Position numbers and translations under genes: made by a program. A stretch of DNA of 64,000 nucleotides from the NCBI GenBank assembly GCA_025454975.1, contig JALONK010000008.1, positions 7,569 through 71,568 on the forward strand. The letters run 5' to 3'. Shown here piece after piece: positions 1 to 10,799 of this stretch; the stretch's first letter is position 1, and the number at the start of each line of letters is the position of its first letter. The notes beneath the pieces were generated by a model. It worked only from the letters and a program-made list of their open reading frames with translations, had not been told where the DNA came from and did not search any database. Source of the stretch: Bacteroidia bacterium (GTDB lineage: Bacteria > Bacteroidota > Bacteroidia > UKL13-3).

Positions 1-552
1 TTCATCAAATGAAATGGGTTTAAACCCTAACGAAGGCGCATTGTAAACAATATTAATTTTGCCATCAGGTATTTGATATTGCTTTATGAGATCTGTTTTG
101 GTGTAATTAGAAACAGTAATAATCCTTTCAGCCTTGTTTGCAAATTTCGGGAAGTAATAATTGTAGTAAAGTTTTTGTAAACGTGAAATGCCGTCAGGAT
201 GGTGCAAAAAAGCCAGGTCGTGAATAACAGGATACTGTTTTACAGAACTTGATAAACTTAAAAAACCATCTGTGCTTAAAAAAACATCAGCCTTATATTT
301 TTTAAGTGCATATGGTATAGCATGCTCAAAGAATAAATAAAATAAAAATGGATGTCGGGCCTGTGGATAAAGCACTACCGGGGTTACATTATCAGAATAA
401 ATAAATGATGGATGGTATGGTCGGTCGAACAAAAAAATGAATTCATGTTGAGGATTTGCCCGAGTTATGCGCTGTAAAATTTCATGTGTAAATCTTCCAA
501 TACCTTCCAGCTTATCATAAAGTAAGAATCTCGTGTTTACTGCAATCCGCAT
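1..552 (-). CDS. Glycosyltransferase family 4 (group 1), 5' part only; gene runs off window start
   Basis: Minus-strand translation from ATG (complement of 550-552) gives MRIAVNTRFLLYDKLEGIGRFTHEILQ..., the typical GT4 N-terminal Rossmann half; no stop before the window edge. Confidence 0.7.
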   Translation of the reverse strand, partial: MRIAVNTRFLLYDKLEGIGRFTHEILQRITRANPQHEFIFLFDRPYHPSFIYSDNVTPVVLYPQARHPFLFYLFFEHAIPYALKKYKADVFLSTDGFLSLSSSVKQYPVIHDLAFLHHPDGISRLQKLYYNYYFPKFANKAERIITVSNYTKTDLIKQYQIPDGKINIVYNAPSLGFKPISFDE

Positions 553-626
553 ATTTCAATAAAATCTTTGCGCTTAACGCTTATTATTGTACACAAATAA
601 ACAATTAATTCAACGCCGAACTTTAT

Positions 627-2066
627 TTGATGCAGAAAAAGTTTTTAACAAACGTATTATTGGTTTTAGTACTTAATGTATTAATTAAACCTTTTTGGGT
701 TTTAGGAATTGATCGTATGGTGCAAAATCAGGTAGGCAATGAGGCTTATGGTGTTTATATCAACCTGTTTTCTTTGTCCCTGTTTTTTGTAATGATTCTT
801 GATTTTGGCATTAACAATTATACTACAACAACAATAGCAGCCAATCCGTTACGTGTGCATGATAATCTAAGTACAATGTTTACTGGTAAGATTGTATTAA
901 GTGTGGTTTACTTAGCAGCCACCTTGTTTTTTGGCTTAGTATATGGATTAAGTGGTGAGAAGTTAGAGTTGTTATTTTTGTTATGTATTAATCAAATCAT
1001 AGCTTATTTTATATTGTTTTTCAGGGCTAGTATTTCAGGTTTACAAAGGTTTAAAACCGATTCTTTTTTATCTGTTGGAGATAAATCGGCCATGATTATT
1101 ATAGCCATCTTTGGGTTTTATCTTTTCCAACATTCATTTTCCATCAGTCATTATATATATGTTCAATTGTTAGGTTATATCTTGGCTTTATTATTGGCAG
1201 TATTTGCCTTACGCAATGAGTTATTCAATACTAAACTGACCTTTAATTTGCAACAATTAAAACAAGTTTTTACCTCGGCAGCACCCTATGCTTTGCTTGC
1301 TTTGGTAATGACGGTTTATACACGGTCGGATTATTTATTGATGAACAAGTGGCGGGTTGATGGGGATATTCAAAATGGAATATATGCAGTAGCCAATAGG
1401 CTGCAGGAAGCAGGAAATATGATGGCTGTGCTGGTAGCGGGATTATTACTGCCATTATTTTCAAATTTAATCGCTCATAAAAGCGACCTTACATCTTTGA
1501 TTAAAACTGCCAACAACCTATTATTAATTCCCGGCATACTTGTAGCAGTTATTGCTTGGTTTTATCACGAGCCTGTTATTTTTATGTTAAATGATACTGA
1601 TCCGGCCTCCTCGGCCCCGGTTTTTAAATACACCATGATAAGTTTTGCCGCTATGTGTATGATGTACATTTATGGGACATTATTAACGGCAATGAAAAAA
1701 ATGAATATTCTGATTGGTTTAGCATTATTAGCCGTGTGTATTAATATTGGACTTAATTATTGGGCAATTCCAAGGTATGGTGCTGTTGGCGCAGCAGCGG
1801 TAGCGGCCCTAACACATAGCTTTATTGCTTTTACCAATATGTATTTCGGAGTTAAATTAAGCGCTTCAACCTTTTCACATTCTTATTGGCTTAAACTACT
1901 CACTACCTTAGCTATTGGCTCAGTTGTGATAGGATTTGCTTCATTTTTTCAGATAAATGTAATCGTGGCAACTGCAACCGGAGTAACTGTATCAATACTA
2001 ATGATGATGTTTTTACGTTTATTCAACTTGCAGGAGTTGCCTTTGCTTTTTAAAGCAAATCGGTAA
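627..2066 (+). CDS. Polysaccharide biosynthesis protein / oligosaccharide flippase (Wzx-like, MOP superfamily)
   Basis: 479 aa, about 12-14 predicted TM helices, sits in a GT/Wzz/Wzy context. Confidence 0.65.
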   Translation: MMQKKFLTNVLLVLVLNVLIKPFWVLGIDRMVQNQVGNEAYGVYINLFSLSLFFVMILDFGINNYTTTTIAANPLRVHDNLSTMFTGKIVLSVVYLAATLFFGLVYGLSGEKLELLFLLCINQIIAYFILFFRASISGLQRFKTDSFLSVGDKSAMIIIAIFGFYLFQHSFSISHYIYVQLLGYILALLLAVFALRNELFNTKLTFNLQQLKQVFTSAAPYALLALVMTVYTRSDYLLMNKWRVDGDIQNGIYAVANRLQEAGNMMAVLVAGLLLPLFSNLIAHKSDLTSLIKTANNLLLIPGILVAVIAWFYHEPVIFMLNDTDPASSAPVFKYTMISFAAMCMMYIYGTLLTAMKKMNILIGLALLAVCINIGLNYWAIPRYGAVGAAAVAALTHSFIAFTNMYFGVKLSASTFSHSYWLKLLTTLAIGSVVIGFASFFQINVIVATATGVTVSILMMMFLRLFNLQELPLLFKANR

Positions 2067-2071
2067 ACAGG

Positions 2072-3127
2072 TTGTCAGGGAAAACTATTTTTATAAATTT
2101 GCCCAAATTTTTACGCATGCAAAAAACAAATAACGAGTATTCATTTAATTTCATTTCTATCGTTCAATTTATTTTAAAATGGCGTAAACACTTATTAATT
2201 ATTTGTCTTTCTTCAGCCATTTTAGCCTTAATAATTACCAGTCCGTTCATTATTAAGCCTCAGTTTAAATCAAAGGCTATTTTTTACCCCGGAACAATTA
2301 ATTCTATTTCGTATGCCTTGTTTTATTCGGTAAAAGAACGAGCTCAGGATGTTTTAGCTTATGGTGATGAGGACTATGTTGAACAGTATTTACAGTTAGC
2401 CTTATCAAATGAGTTACGAACTAAAATTGCGAATGATTTTAATTTGTTAAACCATTATGAAATTGATCCTAATGACCCAAAGAAATACGAAAAGTTAAAT
2501 AAGCGTATCGATAAGATGGTTAGTGTAAACCGTACCTCATACAATGGTGTGGAGGTTGTTGTATATGATACTGACCCACAAATGGCTGCATCATTGGCCA
2601 ATGCCATTATGTACAATACCGATACATTAAAAAGAAGAAGCCAATATGATGTGGCAGCGCAAACTTTTGTAGTTATCGAACAGGAGTATCGTAATAAAAT
2701 TAAAGTAATTGACTCGTTAACAGAGATGACAAGAACTTTGGGTAAGAATGGTGTATATAATGTTGAAGAACAATCACGTGGTTTAGCCGAATTAATAGGA
2801 AAAGGAGCTAATAACGACTTCACCAGAAAAGAACGCGATAACCTTGCACAATATGTTGGCGACTTCGTATCGTTAGATGAACAAATAAGATTTGAAGCGG
2901 AGTTATTAACCGATTTAAGAAAAAAGTATCACCAGGCAAAGATTGACTTAGAAGGAAAGGTGAGTAATATTTTTGTAGTAGAAAAAGCAGTCCCAAGCGA
3001 AAGTAAAGCATATCCATTAAGAATTGTAGCGGCTATTATTAGTATGCTTGCCAGCTTAATGATGAGTACAGTGGTAATTATTGGTATCGAGAGGTATAAA
3101 AATATTAAACAACTTCTCAATTCATAA
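2072..3127 (+). CDS. Polysaccharide chain-length determinant (Wzz-like co-polymerase)
   Basis: 351 aa; one TM near the N-terminus and one at the extreme C-terminus with a long charged coiled-coil region between them, which is the PCP topology. Confidence 0.5.
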   Translation: MSGKTIFINLPKFLRMQKTNNEYSFNFISIVQFILKWRKHLLIICLSSAILALIITSPFIIKPQFKSKAIFYPGTINSISYALFYSVKERAQDVLAYGDEDYVEQYLQLALSNELRTKIANDFNLLNHYEIDPNDPKKYEKLNKRIDKMVSVNRTSYNGVEVVVYDTDPQMAASLANAIMYNTDTLKRRSQYDVAAQTFVVIEQEYRNKIKVIDSLTEMTRTLGKNGVYNVEEQSRGLAELIGKGANNDFTRKERDNLAQYVGDFVSLDEQIRFEAELLTDLRKKYHQAKIDLEGKVSNIFVVEKAVPSESKAYPLRIVAAIISMLASLMMSTVVIIGIERYKNIKQLLNS

Positions 3128-3130
3128 ACC

Positions 3131-4603
3131 TTGAGCGAATCATACAAGATAAAAATGTTTTACGCCATTATGGTGGTGTTTGTACTGTTAACAATATATG
3201 GTATATATGATGATGCCTATTTGTTGCATGTAATTCCTGTGGCTTTAACGTTTTTGTATCTGTTGTTATTTAAGCTTGATTATGTTTTATTGGCATTAAA
3301 CGCACTTATTCCGCTCTCTGTTCAGGTTGATGATGTTGGTTATGGCTTTGGTTTAAGTTTGCCTGATGAGCCTGTAATGATGAGCATCATGTTATTGTCG
3401 GTTCTTAAATTTGTAATTGATGGATCCTACGATATTAAAGCTTTAAGGCATCCGATATCGGTTGTAGTTTTTATGACAATGGGGTGGTATTTCGTAACTG
3501 CTGCAACCAGCGAAATGCCAATGGTTTCAATCAAGTATGCCATATCTCAAATGTGGTTTATGGTAGTATTTTATTTTCTAGCCATCATGTTATTTAAGCA
3601 AATGCGATATATGCTTATTTATCATTGGTTGTACATCATACCTTTGTTGTTGGTTGTATTATATACGTTTTACGAGCATGGTAAGTTTGGCTTTTCGCAA
3701 GAGGCATCGTTTTATATTAGTCGACCATTTTATATAGCACATGGAATTTACTCAGCTTGTATTGCATTTTTAGTTCCGTTTATTGTAGCATGGATGTATT
3801 ATTACAAAAAGGTAAATTTACATGCAGGCCACTTAGTTATATTATCAGGCATATTATTAATTTTTTTATTGGCTCTGTTTTTATCCTATACCCGGGCGGC
3901 ATGGTTAAGTGTATTAATAGCAGGGTTAATGCTAATACCAATTGCGCTTAAAATAAAGTTCAGAAATCAATTGATTATTTTATTTACAGGTGTTGCACTT
4001 TTTTTGTTTTTTAAGGATGATATTTTGTATGCCCTTTCAAAAAACAAACAAGATTCAGCGGAAGGTTTTTCAAAACATCTACAGTCAGCCTCAAATATTC
4101 GAACAGATGCCTCAAACGTGGAAAGAATAAATCGCTGGATGACGGCCCTTGAGATGTTTAAACGTAAACCCGTATTTGGTTTTGGCCCGGGTACATATCC
4201 CTTTAAGTATGCACCTTACCAATTGGCACGTTATAAAACCGTAATTACAACTAATTTTGGTAATCAGGGGAATGCACATAGTGAATTTTTAAACCCATTA
4301 GCTGAACAAGGATTATTAGGCGCTATCAATATAATTTTGATTGTTTTTTATGGATTGAATACGGCGTTTAATATGTTGTTTACAGAAAAGGATAAACGAT
4401 TAAAAATGCTATTATTTGCCAACGCATTAGGGTTAGTTACCTATTTTACACATGGGCTATTAAACAATTATATGGATAGCAGTAAGGTTGCGCCTTTGGT
4501 TTGGGGAGGCTTAGCTATGATAGTAGCAATAGATATATTTCACAAAACTTCAGATAAGAAAGCGGAGATTGATTTAAGCGTGAGCAGCAATCAACAAGTC
4601 TAA
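3131..4603 (+). CDS. O-antigen polymerase/ligase family membrane protein (Wzy/WaaL-like)
   Basis: 490 aa polytopic membrane protein with a large loop near residue 330 (NRWMTALEMFKRKPVFGFGPGTY, O-antigen-ligase-like); adjacent to the Wzx and Wzz homologues. Confidence 0.55.
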   Translation: MSESYKIKMFYAIMVVFVLLTIYGIYDDAYLLHVIPVALTFLYLLLFKLDYVLLALNALIPLSVQVDDVGYGFGLSLPDEPVMMSIMLLSVLKFVIDGSYDIKALRHPISVVVFMTMGWYFVTAATSEMPMVSIKYAISQMWFMVVFYFLAIMLFKQMRYMLIYHWLYIIPLLLVVLYTFYEHGKFGFSQEASFYISRPFYIAHGIYSACIAFLVPFIVAWMYYYKKVNLHAGHLVILSGILLIFLLALFLSYTRAAWLSVLIAGLMLIPIALKIKFRNQLIILFTGVALFLFFKDDILYALSKNKQDSAEGFSKHLQSASNIRTDASNVERINRWMTALEMFKRKPVFGFGPGTYPFKYAPYQLARYKTVITTNFGNQGNAHSEFLNPLAEQGLLGAINIILIVFYGLNTAFNMLFTEKDKRLKMLLFANALGLVTYFTHGLLNNYMDSSKVAPLVWGGLAMIVAIDIFHKTSDKKAEIDLSVSSNQQV

Positions 4604-5800
4604 ATCTTTTGGATAGATGTTTAATCTATTACCCAGGTGTTTGTTGGTTAAATTGCCTTTGTAAATATAAACACCGTTACGAGCGCAAGGTTGACTCCAA
4701 AGGTAATCAGTAATATTTCCGGCATCAGCAACATCCAGCAAGATAGGTGTAAGAATGTTACTTAATGCATAGCTTGCTGTTCTGCTCACACGCGAATTAA
4801 TATTTGGAACACAATAATGGATCACCTCATGTTTAATGAAAGTAGGATTTTCATGGGTTGTAATTTCACTGGTTTCAATACATCCTCCTTGGTCAATACA
4901 TACATCAACAATAACAGAAAGAGGTTTCATTTTCGATACCATTTCTTCACTCACCACATGCATGCTTCTGCCTTCTTCACTCCACAAACACCCTATGGCA
5001 ACATCGCTGGTAAGTAATGCTTTTTGTAATATTTTTGGATGTATTAGCGAGGTAAATATTTTCACCCCTAGGTTATTCTGTAGTTTTCTTAGTTTTTCAA
5101 TTGAATTATCAAAAACTTTTACGGTTGCACCGGCTCCAATGGCTGTTCTTGCGGCATATTCCCCAACGGTTCCGGCACCAATAATAACGATTTCGGTTGG
5201 AGGTATTCCTGTAACTCCACCTAACATTTCACCTTTGCCTCCGGCTGTACTGCAAAGCAATTCGCCTGCAACTGAAATGGCAGAAACACCTGCTATTTCA
5301 CTCATACTTCTCACAATAGGATAGATGCCATCTGCTGATTTTAAAAATTCAAAGGCAATTGCAGAAATTTTCTTTTGCATTAAACTACGGATATATGAAT
5401 CACTTCTGCTGTTAAGTTGAATGGCAGAAATTAACAGTTGTTGCGGTTGTAGAAATGCAATTTCCTGTTCAGTTGGAGGCTCAACTTTAACTATTACCTC
5501 AGCTTTGTAAAGTTCCTGAGTTGAATAACAAATTTTGGCACCTGCTTCACTGTAATCTCTATCGCTGAAATGAGCTGATTTTCCTGCACCTGTTTCAATC
5601 CAAACCTCATTACCATTGTTTACCAGTAATTGAACAGAAGAGGGGGTAAGAGCCACGCGTTTTTCCTGTAAAGTAATTTCTCGAGGAACACCAATGCATA
5701 ATCCTTTATTTGATTTATGTACTTCCACTAAGGCTTCACGTGGCTGCAAACTTGCAGCTTTCGCTAATTCACTAAAACTGCTTTTACTTAACTCGTCCAT
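4574..5800 (-). CDS. ald: Alanine dehydrogenase
   Basis: AlaDH/PNT family: NAD-binding VIIGAGTVGEYAARTAIGAGATV plus N- and C-terminal AlaDH domains. Start chosen at MDELSK (5800) rather than the ORF-track extension to 5881. Its 3' end overlaps the convergent wzy-like gene by 30 nt. Confidence 0.8.
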   Translation of the reverse strand: MDELSKSSFSELAKAASLQPREALVEVHKSNKGLCIGVPREITLQEKRVALTPSSVQLLVNNGNEVWIETGAGKSAHFSDRDYSEAGAKICYSTQELYKAEVIVKVEPPTEQEIAFLQPQQLLISAIQLNSRSDSYIRSLMQKKISAIAFEFLKSADGIYPIVRSMSEIAGVSAISVAGELLCSTAGGKGEMLGGVTGIPPTEIVIIGAGTVGEYAARTAIGAGATVKVFDNSIEKLRKLQNNLGVKIFTSLIHPKILQKALLTSDVAIGCLWSEEGRSMHVVSEEMVSKMKPLSVIVDVCIDQGGCIETSEITTHENPTFIKHEVIHYCVPNINSRVSRTASYALSNILTPILLDVADAGNITDYLWSQPCARNGVYIYKGNLTNKHLGNRLNIYPKDLDLLIAAHA

Positions 5801-5937
5801 ATTGTCAACTAATGTTAAACAAAAGTAAAGATAGTTGGGATAAAAATTGTAACACCCGTTTAAAAACCGATTTTTAACCAATTCATACGTTTAAAATGTT
5901 GTAAAACAGTGACTCATCGAATAAAAATTGAGCATTA

Positions 5938-5969
5938 TTGCTAAAAAATGATTGTAAAAGCTATATTTG
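5938..5969 (+). promoter_or_regulatory. Putative Bacteroidota sigma-A promoter (-33 TTG, 21-nt spacer, -7 TATATTTG) for yceD-rpmF-plsX-fabH
   Basis: TTG at 5938-5940 and TATATTTG at 5962-5969, followed by GCAGGC; near-identical to the box upstream of rpsL. Confidence 0.45.
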
Positions 5970-6512
5970 CAGGCTTCAAGAGAAAAAGCGTTGAAGTCGA
6001 AAGCATATACAATAGAGTTTAACAAGCTACGGGCAGGTTCAAATAGCTTTGAATTTGCGCTTGATACTGCTTTTTTTAACACTATTGAAGGATCACCGAT
6101 TAAAGAAGCGGATGCTGTTGTTAATTTAACTTTGGATAAAGCCTCAACTTTATTAGAATTAAATTTTCAACTTACAGGTTCGGTATCTACTACTTGTGAC
6201 AATTGCTTAGATGAATTTAACTTGCCTCTGAAGAATGAGTTTAGTTTATTGATGAAGTATAGTGAACAAGAGGATTTTAGTGATGATGAAATTATTTATA
6301 TCACTAAAAATTTACTGGAGTTCGACTTAACACAATATCTATACGAATCATTTTTATTGAGCATTCCGCTGAGGAAGGTATGTGCAATGTCGGAAAAAAA
6401 ATGTAATGACGAAGTTGTTAAGCATTTGAATCCTGAAGAAAGCGGAGCCGAAGAGAAAGAAACAAACAATCCCATGTGGGATAAATTAAAAGGAATATTA
6501 AACAATAATTAA
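5967..6512 (+). CDS. yceD: YceD/DUF177 family protein (large-subunit rRNA/L32 maturation factor), start uncertain
   Basis: Conserved yceD-rpmF-plsX-fabH order; C-terminal Cys pairs (CDNC...CAMSEKKC). The true start is probably the TTG at 5994 (MKSKAYTIEF...) given the -7 box at 5962-5969. Confidence 0.7.
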   Translation: MQASREKALKSKAYTIEFNKLRAGSNSFEFALDTAFFNTIEGSPIKEADAVVNLTLDKASTLLELNFQLTGSVSTTCDNCLDEFNLPLKNEFSLLMKYSEQEDFSDDEIIYITKNLLEFDLTQYLYESFLLSIPLRKVCAMSEKKCNDEVVKHLNPEESGAEEKETNNPMWDKLKGILNNN

Positions 6513-6524
6513 ATATATACTACT

Positions 6525-6710
6525 ATGCCAAATCCAAAACGAAAATTATCAAACGCTCGCAGAGACAAAAGAAGAACTCATTACAAAGGTGAAAACCCAA
6601 CACTTTCAGTAGATACAGCTTCAGGTGAAACACACTTACGTCACAGGGTTACTGCCGATGGATATTACAAAGGCAAACTTGTTTTCCCTCATATGAGAAA
6701 AGACGTATAA
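6525..6710 (+). CDS. rpmF: 50S ribosomal protein L32
   Basis: 61 aa; [21 protein letters not shown] matches the L32 N-terminus. Confidence 0.9.
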   Translation: MPNPKRKLSNARRDKRRTHYKGENPTLSVDTASGETHLRHRVTADGYYKGKLVFPHMRKDV

Positions 6711-6736
6711 CTCACCAAATAATTGAGGCATACTGA

Positions 6737-7696
6737 ATGAAAATAGGCTTTGATATTATGGGAGGAGATTATGCTCCTTCTGAAGCAATTAAAGGTGCAA
6801 TACTTGCAAAAAACGATCTTCCTACAACAATAAGATTAGTTTTAATTGGTGACCAGGAAACTGCTAAACGCTTGGTAGTTGAACATGGCGGACAAGAACA
6901 GGATTTTGATTTTGTTCATACAACTGAGGTTATTGAAATGGGCGAGCATCCTACCAAGGCGATTTCCCAAAAAAGAAATTCAAGCATTGCAGTTGGATTC
7001 GGTATGTTAGCTGCCAAAGAAATAGATGCTTTTGTTAGTGCCGGTAATACAGGTGCTATGCTGGTGGGTGCTATGTTTTCTGTTAAACCTATTGAAGGTG
7101 TAATCAGGCCATGCATTACTGCAACGGTACCTAAACCAGATGGTAAAACAGGCTTGTTGTTAGATGTAGGCGTAAATGCCGATTGTAAACCTGATGTATT
7201 ATTTCAATTTGGTGTACTAGGGTCATTAATGATGCAGCACGTGATGGGTGTTCAATCACCAAGGGTTGGTTTAATGAGCATAGGTGAAGAGAAGGAGAAA
7301 GGAAACTTGGTAACGATTGCAGCCCATCAAATGATGGAATCAGGAGCACCTTATGATTTCGTAGGCAATGTAGAAGGACGTGATATGTTAACCGACAAAT
7401 GCGACGTGATTGTTTGCGAAGGTTTTGTTGGAAATGTTATTCTAAAAGCATACGAAGCGTTTTATTATGTGGTGAAGAAAAGAGGAAGTACCGACCCATA
7501 CTTGGATAGATTTAATTATGAAAATTATGGCGGTACACCAATTTTAGGGGTGAATGCCCCGGTAATTATCGGACATGGTATATCTAATGCCAAGGCTTTT
7601 AAGAATATGATTTTTACAGCTAAACAAGTTACTGAAAGTAATTTGTGTACGATCATAAAAGATGCGTTTAAAAATATAGTTTTACCGGTTCAATAA
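6737..7696 (+). CDS. plsX: Phosphate acyltransferase PlsX
   Basis: 319 aa with PlsX family signatures (GGDYAP..., NADCKPD); between rpmF and fabH. Confidence 0.9.
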   Translation: MKIGFDIMGGDYAPSEAIKGAILAKNDLPTTIRLVLIGDQETAKRLVVEHGGQEQDFDFVHTTEVIEMGEHPTKAISQKRNSSIAVGFGMLAAKEIDAFVSAGNTGAMLVGAMFSVKPIEGVIRPCITATVPKPDGKTGLLLDVGVNADCKPDVLFQFGVLGSLMMQHVMGVQSPRVGLMSIGEEKEKGNLVTIAAHQMMESGAPYDFVGNVEGRDMLTDKCDVIVCEGFVGNVILKAYEAFYYVVKKRGSTDPYLDRFNYENYGGTPILGVNAPVIIGHGISNAKAFKNMIFTAKQVTESNLCTIIKDAFKNIVLPVQ

Positions 7697-8697
7697 TGAC
7701 AATGAACAAAATTACTGCTGCCATAACCTGCGTTAACGGATACGTTCCTGAGTATGTATTATCAAATTCAGAACTCGAAAAAATGGTTGATACTTCTGAC
7801 GAGTGGATTACCTCTCGAACAGGTATTAAAGAAAGACGTTTATTAAAAGGGGAGGGGTTGGCTACTTCTGATATGGCCGTGGAAGCTGTAAATGGTTTGT
7901 TGAAGAAAAGAGGAATTACAGCCAACGATATAGAACTAATTATTTTTGCAACAGTTACACCGGATTTAATTTTTCCCTCATCAGCGTGTATACTAGCCGA
8001 TAAAATTGGAGCAAAAAATGCTTGGGGTTATGATTTGGCAGCAGCTTGTTCAGGTTTTTTGTTTGCTTTAGAAACAGGTGCAAAGTTTATTGAATCAGGG
8101 AAATATACTAAAGTATTAGTTGTTGGCGGCGATAAGATGTCGTCAATTATTGATTATACAGATAGAAATACCTGTATCATTTTTGGTGATGGATTAGGTT
8201 GTGTTTTGCTCGAACCCAATACTGAAGGTTTCGGTGTTGTTGACAGTGTGCTGAAAATAGATGGTAATGGGCGACACTATCTTCACCAAAAAGCCGGTGG
8301 TTCTCAAAAGCCACCATCACACGAAACTGTAGATGCTCGTGAACATTATGTTTTTCAAGATGGAAAAACAGTATTTAAGTTTGCTGTAACCGGAATGGCC
8401 GATGTATCGGCACAGATAATGGATAGAAATAACCTGACAGCAGATGATGTAACATGGTTAGTTCCCCACCAGGCAAATCTTCGTATCATTGATGCAACAG
8501 CTGAACGCATGGGCGTTGGCAAGGATAAAATCATGATAAATATTGAAAAATTTGGCAATACAACCAATGGTACTATCCCACTTTTATTATGGGAATGGGA
8601 AAATAAGTTAAAGAAGGGCGACAACCTTGTGTTATCAGCCTTTGGCGGTGGTTTTACATGGGGTTCTATCTATGTAAAATGGGCATATAACGGTTAA
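7696..8697 (+). CDS. fabH: 3-oxoacyl-ACP synthase III
   Basis: 333 aa; FabH active-site context (AAACSGF, HQAN, GNTTNG); ATGA start/stop overlap with plsX. Confidence 0.9.
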   Translation: MTMNKITAAITCVNGYVPEYVLSNSELEKMVDTSDEWITSRTGIKERRLLKGEGLATSDMAVEAVNGLLKKRGITANDIELIIFATVTPDLIFPSSACILADKIGAKNAWGYDLAAACSGFLFALETGAKFIESGKYTKVLVVGGDKMSSIIDYTDRNTCIIFGDGLGCVLLEPNTEGFGVVDSVLKIDGNGRHYLHQKAGGSQKPPSHETVDAREHYVFQDGKTVFKFAVTGMADVSAQIMDRNNLTADDVTWLVPHQANLRIIDATAERMGVGKDKIMINIEKFGNTTNGTIPLLLWEWENKLKKGDNLVLSAFGGGFTWGSIYVKWAYNG

Positions 8698-8764
8698 AAT
8701 TTTTTAACATCTCATTTACTTTTCCAAAAAAAAATTACATTTGATTATACTCAATTAAGTCCCT

Positions 8765-9250
8765 ATGGAATTAAAAGAAATTAAAGAACTAATAAAATTA
8801 GTATCAGAAGCAGGTGTTTCTGAAGTAGAAGTTGAACGTGGTGATTTTAAACTAGCCATTAAAAAGGTGGAAGAAAAAGTTTATGTTCAACAATCACAAC
8901 CGGTAGTTCAAGTTCCTGTAGCTGCCGCTCCGGTTGCCGTTCCTAGTGCTCCTGCTCCCGTGGTAACATCGGTTCCAACACCTCCGTCATCATCAGAGCA
9001 CGCAGGAAATTTAATAACTATAAAATCACCTATGATTGGTACATTTTATAAGACACCGGCACCTGATAAACCGGCATTTGTAAATATTGGTGATGAAATC
9101 AAACCCGGGAAGGTGTTATGCATCGTTGAAGCTATGAAGTTATTCAATGAAATTGAATCAGAAGTTTCAGGACGTATCGTTAAAATTTTGGTTGAAAACG
9201 CTTCTCCTGTTGAATACGATCAACCCTTATTTTTGGTAGAACCAATTTAA
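8765..9250 (+). CDS. accB: Acetyl-CoA carboxylase biotin carboxyl carrier protein
   Basis: 161 aa; Pro/Ala-rich linker and biotinyl-lysine motif EAMKLFNEIE. Confidence 0.9.
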   Translation: MELKEIKELIKLVSEAGVSEVEVERGDFKLAIKKVEEKVYVQQSQPVVQVPVAAAPVAVPSAPAPVVTSVPTPPSSSEHAGNLITIKSPMIGTFYKTPAPDKPAFVNIGDEIKPGKVLCIVEAMKLFNEIESEVSGRIVKILVENASPVEYDQPLFLVEPI

Positions 9251-9328
9251 TTTTAATACTAGTAATGGAGAGTCGATGAGTTAATACTTATCGGCTTTGT
9301 TTTTATAATACATTTTGAATTAACATTC

Positions 9329-10675
9329 ATGTTTAAAAAAATATTAATTGCCAATAGAGGTGAAATTGCACTTCGTGTAATAAGAACCGCTAAAGAAATG
9401 GGTATTAAAACAGTAGCTGTATATTCTACTGCTGATAAAGATAGTTTACATGTTCGTTTCGCTGATGAAGCTGTTTGTATTGGTCCGCCCCCATCTCCAC
9501 AATCTTATTTGAATATTCCTAATATCATTGCGGCTGCCGAAATTACAAACGCTGATGCCATACATCCGGGCTACGGATTCTTATCTGAGAATGCAAAGTT
9601 TTCCGGAATTTGTAGAGACCATGGAATCAAATTTATTGGTGCATCACCGGAAATGATTAATGCCATGGGTGATAAGGCTAGTGCAAAAGATACGATGAAG
9701 AAAGCAGGTGTTCCTGTAATCCCCGGAAGTGATGGTTTATTATCGAGTGCAGATGAAGGACGTGAATTAGCCAAAGGAATTGGATATCCTGTAATTATTA
9801 AAGCAACTGCAGGTGGTGGAGGAAGAGGCATGAGGATTATTTGGAACGATGAAGAATTTGAAAGACACTGGGATAGTGCGAAACAAGAAGCATCTGCAGC
9901 TTTTGGAAACGATGGCATTTACATGGAAAAATATGTCGAAGAACCACGTCATATTGAAATTCAATTGGCAGGTGATCAATATGGCAATGTGTGTCACCTG
10001 AGCGAACGTGATTGTTCGATACAACGCCGTCATCAAAAACTAATAGAAGAGGCACCTTCACCATTTATCACCCCGGAGTTGCGCGAAAAAATGGGTGATG
10101 CAGCCATCAAAGGAGCAAAAGCCATTAGTTATGAAGGATTAGGTACAATCGAATTTTTGGTTGATAAACATCGCAACTTCTATTTCATGGAAATGAATAC
10201 CCGTATTCAGGTTGAACACCCGGTAACCGAAGAGGTAATTAATTATGATTTAGTGAAAGAGCAAATATTAATTGCTGCCGGAGTACCTATCAGTGGTAGA
10301 AATTATTTACCAACTAAACATGCAATCGAGTGCCGGATTAATGCAGAAGATCCATATAATAATTTTAGACCAACACCCGGTAAAATTGAATATTTACACA
10401 AGCCCGGAGGTCATGGTACGCGCGTTGATACTCATATTTATGCAGGATATACCATCCCATCAAATTATGACAGTATGATTGCTAAATTAATTGTGAGTGC
10501 GCAAACACGTGAAGAGGCAATTATTAAAATGGAACGGGCATTAAGTGAGTTTGTGATTGAAGGGCCCGGAATAAAAACAACCATTCCTTTGCATCAAAAG
10601 TTGATGCAAAATGAAGACTTTAAAAAAGGAAACTTCACCACAGCGTTTATGAATACGTTTGATATTGATGCTTAA
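9329..10675 (+). CDS. accC: Acetyl-CoA carboxylase biotin carboxylase subunit
   Basis: 448 aa; ATP-grasp biotin carboxylase ([20 protein letters not shown]..., [11 protein letters not shown]). Confidence 0.92.
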   Translation: MFKKILIANRGEIALRVIRTAKEMGIKTVAVYSTADKDSLHVRFADEAVCIGPPPSPQSYLNIPNIIAAAEITNADAIHPGYGFLSENAKFSGICRDHGIKFIGASPEMINAMGDKASAKDTMKKAGVPVIPGSDGLLSSADEGRELAKGIGYPVIIKATAGGGGRGMRIIWNDEEFERHWDSAKQEASAAFGNDGIYMEKYVEEPRHIEIQLAGDQYGNVCHLSERDCSIQRRHQKLIEEAPSPFITPELREKMGDAAIKGAKAISYEGLGTIEFLVDKHRNFYFMEMNTRIQVEHPVTEEVINYDLVKEQILIAAGVPISGRNYLPTKHAIECRINAEDPYNNFRPTPGKIEYLHKPGGHGTRVDTHIYAGYTIPSNYDSMIAKLIVSAQTREEAIIKMERALSEFVIEGPGIKTTIPLHQKLMQNEDFKKGNFTTAFMNTFDIDA

Positions 10676-10681
10676 TAAATC

Positions 10682-10718
10682 AAAAGGCTTACAATTCATT
10701 TGTAAGCCTTTTTTGGTT
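10682..10718 (+). terminator. Rho-independent terminator after accC
   Basis: AAAAGGCTTACA-attcatt-TGTAAGCCTTTTTTGG: perfect 12-bp stem followed by a T-run. Confidence 0.8.
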
Positions 10719-10799
10719 AAACATTGATGAAGGTATCAAGCAAAGTAACCAGTTTGTGCAACTCTACCTAATTTATTTAAGCAAAGATAAAAAATTCAA

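Noticed and set aside
9251-9328. Possible terminator between accB and accC
   Set aside because: The arms (CGATGAG / CTTATCGG) do not pair properly, and accB-accC are normally co-transcribed.
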